The notes below the pieces were generated by a model. It did not search any database. It was not told where the DNA came from and saw only the letters and a list, made by a program, of their open reading frames with translations. This document shows, piece by piece, positions 29,205 to 34,481 of a stretch of 34,481 bases of DNA. The stretch is from a bacterium (GTDB lineage: Bacteria; SZUA-182; DTGQ01; JAFGSM01): NCBI GenBank assembly GCA_049472315.1, contig JBLIRN010000033.1:1-34481 (forward strand). The letters run 5' to 3'. Made by a program: the position numbers and the translations under genes. The number at the start of each line of letters is the position of its first letter. Positions within the stretch are counted from its first letter, which is position 1.

Positions 29205-29837
29205 ATGCATCGTACGCGACTCGGGTTCCTCGTTTTCATCATCCTCTACGTGGGGATATGCGGGGTGTTCAGCCGGCCGCTCCCCCTGTGGGGCAAGGAG
29301 GGGAATGACATGACGGAGAAAAAGGAACGAAAGGTGCTGTTCGTGGTTGCGCACAAGGACTTCAGGGATGAGGAATTCCTGGAGCCCAAGGCGGTCCTGG
29401 AAAAGGCCGGCTTTCAGGTGACGGTGGCCTCCTCCGGCCTGGATACGGCAACGGGGATGCTCGGCATGCGCTACACCCCCGATCTTCTGCTTTCGAAGGC
29501 AACGGTCGGTGAGTACGAGGGGGTTGTGTTCATCGGCGGGGCGGGGGCCAAGGAGTACTGGGATGATCAACAGGCCCACACGATGGTCAGGGAGGCGGTG
29601 TCGTCGGGGAAGGTGGTGGGCGCCATCTGCATCGCGCCGGTGACCCTGGCGCGTGCAGGGGTGCTGAAGGGAAAAAAGGTCACCGTATTCTCGTCGGTGG
29701 TGTCCGCCCTGACTGCGGAGGGCGCGCAGTATACAGGCAAGAAGGTGGAACGGGACGGCCTGCTGATCACGGCATCCGGACCCGAGGCTGCCAAGGAATT
29801 CGGCTCCGCCCTGGCGGAGGCCCTCTCCGGACATTGA
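29205..29837 (+). CDS. DJ-1/PfpI family protein
   Basis: FRDEE glutamate, FIGGAGA, and nucleophile elbow GAICIAP; alternative internal start at ATG 29310. Confidence 0.92.
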   Translation: MHRTRLGFLVFIILYVGICGVFSRPLPLWGKEGNDMTEKKERKVLFVVAHKDFRDEEFLEPKAVLEKAGFQVTVASSGLDTATGMLGMRYTPDLLLSKATVGEYEGVVFIGGAGAKEYWDDQQAHTMVREAVSSGKVVGAICIAPVTLARAGVLKGKKVTVFSSVVSALTAEGAQYTGKKVERDGLLITASGPEAAKEFGSALAEALSGH

Positions 29838-31186
29838 CACGACCCGCCTCGACCAGCCGCGATCTCGCCCTGAGGGTGCTGCGCCGGGTGGAGGTGGAAG
29901 GGGGGTTCGCCAATCACCTCCTGGAGCATGCCTTCGCGCGCACACCCCTGGCCCCGGAGGACCGCAGATTATGCTACCTCCTGGTATACGGGGTGCTGAG
30001 GCAGAGAAACCGGCTCGACCACGCCATTGCCGGCCACGCCAGGTATCCCCTGGCCGGGCTTACCCCTTGGATCAGAAACTGCCTGAGGCTGGGGGCATAC
30101 CAGCTTCTGGATATGCCCGATCTAAGATCCTCGGTGGCGGTTGATGAATCCGTCCGCCTTGCCCGCCGCTACGGCCATAAAGGCACCGTCTCACTGGTAA
30201 ACGCGGTGCTGCGCGCCCTGGCAGCACACGGGGAGGGAGTCCTTCCCTCGATCGAGAAAGACCCGGAAGCCTACCTGGTCATCGTCCAATCCCACCCCCG
30301 CTGGCTTGTGCAACGCTGGTTAAAGCGATACGGCACCACAACGGCGGCGGCGATCTGTGCCGCCAACAACACGCCCCCCCGCCTCACCATCCGATGGAAC
30401 CGGCTGAAGGGAGGCGATCCGGCGCAGGCCCTCCCGCAACTCGACGCGAACCTCGAAGGGGTGGCCCGGTCGGAGGTCATTCCCGAGGGTTTCTTTGTTC
30501 ACGGGCACGTGCCGCTGAACCAAGTCCCCCTGTACAGGGAAGGGATGATCGACCTGCAGGGACTCTCCTCCATGCTCATACCCCACCTGCTGGGGGTTGA
30601 GGCCGGGGAGAGGGTGCTGGATGCCTGTGCGGGAAGCGGCGGCAAGGCCTGCCACATGGCCGACATGATGCACAACCGGGGGGAGATCCTCTGCCTCGAC
30701 CGCAGCGAGCCAAAGCTCAGGGCCCTCCGCCGGAGGGCGCGGCGCCTGGGCGCGGGGATCTGTTTCCCGGTCTGCGGCAGCGCAGACCGGGAGCCTCCCT
30801 GGGGAAAATCCCTCCTCGACCGGGTCCTGGTTGATGCGCCCTGCTCCTCCCTGGGGACCATCCAACGTCATCCCGAGATTCGCTGGGTCAGAAGGGAGGA
30901 GGACCTCCCCATCCTTGCCCGGCTCCAGCAGGCGATCCTGTTCCAGGCGGCCCGGGCGGTGCGAAAGGGGGGCTGCCTTGTATACTGCACCTGCTCCCTG
31001 GAGCCTGAAGAGACCGATGAGATACTGGGGGCGTTTCTCGAACACCACCGGGAATGGAACCGTGTAGACCTCGGGGAGCGGGTCCCTGCGACGTGGCGTG
31101 CGATGGTGGGCAAGGACGGCGCCCTTCGATCGCTCCCCACCAGCCCGGGGGCAGATGGATTTTTTGCCTTTTGTGTGAGAAAATAA
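29834..31186 (+). CDS. rsmB: 16S rRNA m5C967 methyltransferase RsmB (Sun)
   Basis: NusB-like N-terminus (LVYGVLR, LRLGAYQL, VNAVLR), SHPRWL, VLDACAGSGGK, LVDAPCS, YCTCS. Confidence 0.95.
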   Translation: MTRPASTSRDLALRVLRRVEVEGGFANHLLEHAFARTPLAPEDRRLCYLLVYGVLRQRNRLDHAIAGHARYPLAGLTPWIRNCLRLGAYQLLDMPDLRSSVAVDESVRLARRYGHKGTVSLVNAVLRALAAHGEGVLPSIEKDPEAYLVIVQSHPRWLVQRWLKRYGTTTAAAICAANNTPPRLTIRWNRLKGGDPAQALPQLDANLEGVARSEVIPEGFFVHGHVPLNQVPLYREGMIDLQGLSSMLIPHLLGVEAGERVLDACAGSGGKACHMADMMHNRGEILCLDRSEPKLRALRRRARRLGAGICFPVCGSADREPPWGKSLLDRVLVDAPCSSLGTIQRHPEIRWVRREEDLPILARLQQAILFQAARAVRKGGCLVYCTCSLEPEETDEILGAFLEHHREWNRVDLGERVPATWRAMVGKDGALRSLPTSPGADGFFAFCVRK

Positions 31187-31280
31187 AAGGCGTGAACGTA
31201 GGTGAACGGAAGTAGGCGAACAGAAGATGATTATATTTATTAGATGATGGAGGACCCGGTGAAAGGCACCCTGAAATTCG

Positions 31281-31296
31281 TGGAACCCTTTTTGCA
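31281..31296 (+). promoter_or_regulatory. Putative sigma-54 (-24/-12) promoter
   Basis: TGGAAC-CCTTT-TTGCA: GG (31282-83) and GC (31294-95) are exactly 10 nt apart, about 65 nt upstream of the PASTA gene. Confidence 0.55.
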
Positions 31297-31361
31297 TATG
31301 TGTTACTGGACGGACCGTCAATCACCCGCACAAACAACGATGGAACGGAGGTGACAGCGAG

Positions 31362-32327
31362 ATGCCCGATGCACGTCGCCTGCTGCTGAATGTGCTCAAG
31401 TTTTCCCTCATCGTGGTCTTCCTCCTCTGCCTCAGCCTCCTGAGCGCCCTGATCACCATGAAGCTGGTGAGCAGGGCGGACCTGGTGAAGGTCCCGTCCG
31501 TGGTGGGAAAGGATACCGTCAATGCCCTGGAACAGCTCAACAAGATCGGCCTCAGGCTCAAGATCGTGGACCAGGAATGCAACGACGCAATCCCGGAAAA
31601 CCACATCATTTCCCAGGACCCCAAACCGCAGTCCCTCATGCGAAGGGACCGCGCCGTGAAGGTGCTGCTGAGCAGGGGCTCGGAGAAGGTGGACGTGCCC
31701 AACGTGGTGGACGAGCCGTGGCTCAGGGCCCAGGGGATCATACAGGAGGCAGGGCTGGTCATCGGGAGCCTCTCCCACATCCATCACGCGGAGATAGGGA
31801 AGAACAAGGTGGTCGCCCAAAATCCCCCCGGCAACAGCATGGTTCCCCGCGGTGATGCCGTTGACCTCCTGTTGAGCGAGGGAAAGCGGCCCCGGGCATT
31901 GTTCATGGCGAACCTGGTGGGGCTCACCATCGACAATTCCCTCAGGACTCTGAGGCAGGCAGGCCTGAGCCCGGGCCAGATCAGCTACAAGCACAACAGC
32001 AGCCTCCCCCCCAACACCGTCATGACCCAGGTCCCCTCGTTCGGGTTCATGGTCCTGTCCAACGAGAAGGTTGACCTCGAGGTGAGCAAGGCGGAACAGC
32101 TCGACCAGGAGGAGGCCGGCATCTACACCACCCTCACCTACCGGGTCCCCCACGGCCTGGAGGAGAAGGAGGTAAAGATCCTGCTCCAGTCGGGGGGAGA
32201 GTCCCGGGAGATCTTCCGCCAGGTCCGGCCCCCTGGGGATGAGATAGAGCTTCTCATCCGGACGACCAGAAACACCAAGGCCCTCATCTACCTTGACGAT
32301 GAGCTGGTGGAGGAGAGACGGTTTTGA
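31362..32327 (+). CDS. Membrane-anchored PASTA-domain protein (3 PASTA repeats, no kinase domain)
   Basis: GGAGG SD; N-terminal TM helix; three repeats (VPSVVG...ISQDP, VPNVVD...VAQNP, MANLVG...MTQVP) and a C-terminal beta-rich domain. Confidence 0.9.
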   Translation: MPDARRLLLNVLKFSLIVVFLLCLSLLSALITMKLVSRADLVKVPSVVGKDTVNALEQLNKIGLRLKIVDQECNDAIPENHIISQDPKPQSLMRRDRAVKVLLSRGSEKVDVPNVVDEPWLRAQGIIQEAGLVIGSLSHIHHAEIGKNKVVAQNPPGNSMVPRGDAVDLLLSEGKRPRALFMANLVGLTIDNSLRTLRQAGLSPGQISYKHNSSLPPNTVMTQVPSFGFMVLSNEKVDLEVSKAEQLDQEEAGIYTTLTYRVPHGLEEKEVKILLQSGGESREIFRQVRPPGDEIELLIRTTRNTKALIYLDDELVEERRF

Positions 32328-33013
32328 GCAGAAACGATTCGCGCCCCCTCATTGCCCCGTCCATCCTCTCCGCGGACTTCGCCTGTTTGAAGGAGCAGGT
32401 GAAGACGGTGGAGGCTGCAGGGGTGGATGCACTCCACATCGATGTCATGGACGGCCATTTCGTGCCCAATCTGACCATAGGCCCCCTGGTGGTCCAGTGC
32501 CTCACCCGGATAACCGACCTCCCCCAGGACGTGCACCTCATGGTCCGGAACCCCGAGTCACTCATCCTCCCCTTCAAGGAGGCGGGGGCCCACTGGCTGA
32601 CCATCCACGTGGAGACGGAGGGCCATCACCACAGAACGATCCAGCAGATCAAGGCGCTCGACATGAAGGCAGGGGTCGCCCTCAACCCGGCCACCGCGCT
32701 CTACACCATCGAATGGCTGATCGAGGATGTGGACCTGATACTGATCATGTCGGTGAACCCCGGGTTCGGGGGGCAGTCCTTTATCCCCTTCTGCATCGAC
32801 AAGATACGGCGGACCAGGGAGATGATCGACCGAAAGGGGTCGAGTGCCCTGCTGGCGGTGGACGGAGGGATCAAGAAGGGAAACTGCCTGGAGGTGGCCG
32901 AAGCGGGTGCGGATATGCTGGTGATGGGATCCGCGATCTTCGGGGACCCCTCCCCTGCCGATCGGGTCAAAGAGGTGCAGGACCGTTTACGTACGCTGAA
33001 GGGGAGAGGATAA
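32324..33013 (+). CDS. rpe: Ribulose-phosphate 3-epimerase
   Basis: IAPSILSADF, HIDVMDGHFVPNLTIG, DVHLM, MSVNPGFGGQ, VDGGI. Confidence 0.97.
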   Translation: MSRNDSRPLIAPSILSADFACLKEQVKTVEAAGVDALHIDVMDGHFVPNLTIGPLVVQCLTRITDLPQDVHLMVRNPESLILPFKEAGAHWLTIHVETEGHHHRTIQQIKALDMKAGVALNPATALYTIEWLIEDVDLILIMSVNPGFGGQSFIPFCIDKIRRTREMIDRKGSSALLAVDGGIKKGNCLEVAEAGADMLVMGSAIFGDPSPADRVKEVQDRLRTLKGRG

Positions 33014-33019
33014 TCCGCC

Positions 33020-34183
33020 GTGCATGTCCGGATGTGGGTGGCCTGTCTCCTTATCCTGCCCTGTCTTCTTCTGGTGGTTCCCTCCCGTGTCCCGGCCCAG
33101 ATGATCCCCGAGGAGGCCCTCAGGCTGAAGGAGGAGGGTGACCGGGCGATCATGCGTGGGGCAATGGAGGAGGCGGTCTCCTTCTACGAGCAGGCCCTCA
33201 GGATCTATCCCGATCTTCCCGATGTGCTCTATTTTCTAGGACTCACCTATGACCTGGATTTCCAGGACCTGGTGAACGCCATCTACTACTACCGCAGATA
33301 CCTGGAGATTGCACCGCAGGGCCCCCAGAGCGCTGAGGTAGCGGGCCTCCTGCGCAAGGCGGAAAGGCGGCTCGAGGAGCGCAAGCGACAACTGGGACTG
33401 GTCGAGGAACCGCCCGCTCCAGCGCAAGGGCGCAGGGAGCAACCCCCACCAGCCCAGGCAACGGCACCCTCTCCCACTCCGGTCAAGCCCCCGGGGCCGT
33501 CTCCTCAACGGGACGGGGATGTGATCACCATCCAGATGCAGGAGAGCATACTCAAGTACGATCTTAAATTGCGGGTGTGGGAACGGGAGGGGTTCGTAGA
33601 CCGGTTCAACGAGCTTGCCCGCAAGCGAAGCTCACCGCTCGAGGAGGACATCGCCGGCCAGCGGGAATCCCTGCGCATGGAGCGAAAGCTGGTGACCGAC
33701 TTCATCAACTACCAGGAGGAGGCGATCGACATCCTTCTGAAACGAGCGGTATTGAGGGGCATCGTCAGCCTGGGGGTAGAGCTCAACCACCTCCCCGGGG
33801 ATCTTGATCCCGCAGCCTCCATACGCTCCTACGACATCCTGGAGATGAAGGAAAACGACCGTTTCGTCACCATCTCCGCGGAGGTGAGCCTGGATCTCAA
33901 TGCGCTTGCCAGGGATCTCGCCAGGGAGGGGTACGTATTCGAGCCGAAACGGATCACCATCATCATGCAAAACGTGCAGGGAGACCTGGCCACCCGCCTG
34001 ACCGAGCACATCATCGAACATTCCGACTATGCAGGCCCCTCCTCGGGGGGGCTCTACCCCATCTATACCACCCTGGAGACCTTCGCCCGGGAGATCCGGG
34101 GCATGCGAATCGGCACCTACCGGTTCAACCCGATCCTCATTGGTCAAAACAGCATCACCCTCCAGGTGCTCAATGAAGGGTAG
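33020..34183 (+). CDS. Exported TPR protein with proline-rich linker and unknown C-terminal domain
   Basis: Signal peptide ending VPA-Q; TPR-like EEAVSFYEQALRIYPD and AIYYYRRYLEIAP; PPAPAQ...PSPTPVKPPGPSP linker. Confidence 0.8.
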   Translation: MHVRMWVACLLILPCLLLVVPSRVPAQMIPEEALRLKEEGDRAIMRGAMEEAVSFYEQALRIYPDLPDVLYFLGLTYDLDFQDLVNAIYYYRRYLEIAPQGPQSAEVAGLLRKAERRLEERKRQLGLVEEPPAPAQGRREQPPPAQATAPSPTPVKPPGPSPQRDGDVITIQMQESILKYDLKLRVWEREGFVDRFNELARKRSSPLEEDIAGQRESLRMERKLVTDFINYQEEAIDILLKRAVLRGIVSLGVELNHLPGDLDPAASIRSYDILEMKENDRFVTISAEVSLDLNALARDLAREGYVFEPKRITIIMQNVQGDLATRLTEHIIEHSDYAGPSSGGLYPIYTTLETFAREIRGMRIGTYRFNPILIGQNSITLQVLNEG

Positions 34184-34284
34184 CACCCGCTGATCCTGCC
34201 GGCATTGTCCCGAATAAGACTCCAGGAGGCGATGGGATTTGCATTTGCCAAAATCATTTGATAAAGCAGAGTGTTATAATTAGT

Positions 34285-34318
34285 TGCCCTTGACAAACAA
34301 GGGCATTAAGTATTTAAT
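34285..34318 (+). promoter_or_regulatory. Promoter overlapped by a palindromic operator
   Basis: TTGACA (34290-95), 17 nt, TTTAAT (34313-18); perfect inverted repeat TGCCCTTG-N5-CAAGGGCA (34285-34305); a second TG-N-TATAAT at 34272-80. Confidence 0.55.
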
Positions 34319-34349
34319 TTAGATATACATTAAAATTACATATCGAGGG

Positions 34350-34481
34350 ATGAAGCTTTTGACTATACAAGACTTAGAAAAACAATATAAGGATGAATGG
34401 GTCTTGGTTGAAATCTTAAAGGAAGATGAACTGGGACAGCCAATAGACGTAAGGTTATTGGCCCATTCCAAAAGCAGGGAT
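34350..34481 (+). CDS. Small hypothetical protein, DUF5678-like; truncated by the window end
   Basis: Manual translation after a GAGGG SD: MKLLTIQDLEKQYKDEWVLVEILKEDELGQPIDVRLLAHSKSRD...; AT-rich; Y..EWV...AHS..RD pattern. Not in the ORF track. Confidence 0.65.
   Translation, partial: MKLLTIQDLEKQYKDEWVLVEILKEDELGQPIDVRLLAHSKSRD

Overview
GC-rich bacterial chromosomal segment, probably from a diderm (Desulfobacterota/Nitrospirota-like gene order; taxonomy cannot be fixed from sequence alone). The left 7.6 kb is an uncharacterised minus-strand operon of five apparently exported proteins: a small prealbumin/carboxypeptidase-regulatory-like lipoprotein, a large multi-domain PEGA/TPR lipoprotein with a CsgG/TolB-N/FlgT-like segment, a TolB-like PD40 beta-propeller, a TPR protein and a family-5 ABC substrate-binding protein running off the window edge. 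A minus-strand housekeeping block follows (era-mgtE-recO, glyQ-glyS-ppdK-rsmD-coaD-aspartate aminotransferase-smc). It is interrupted by AT-rich toxin-antitoxin islets (DUF6364-like/PIN; RHH/MazF) and an MscS gene next to tRNA-Leu(CAG). The plus-strand block is two parvulin/SurA-like PPIases, an S4 protein, DJ-1/PfpI, rsmB, a kinase-less PASTA protein, rpe and a TPR protein, then the start of another AT-rich small gene. Non-coding highlights are a candidate ~88-nt sRNA with its own promoter and terminator, a sigma-54-type promoter with upstream tandem repeats, a possible attenuator before era, and operator-like repeats at the TA promoters. No CRISPR array, integrase or transposase was seen. 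All domain calls are by eye, without database searches.
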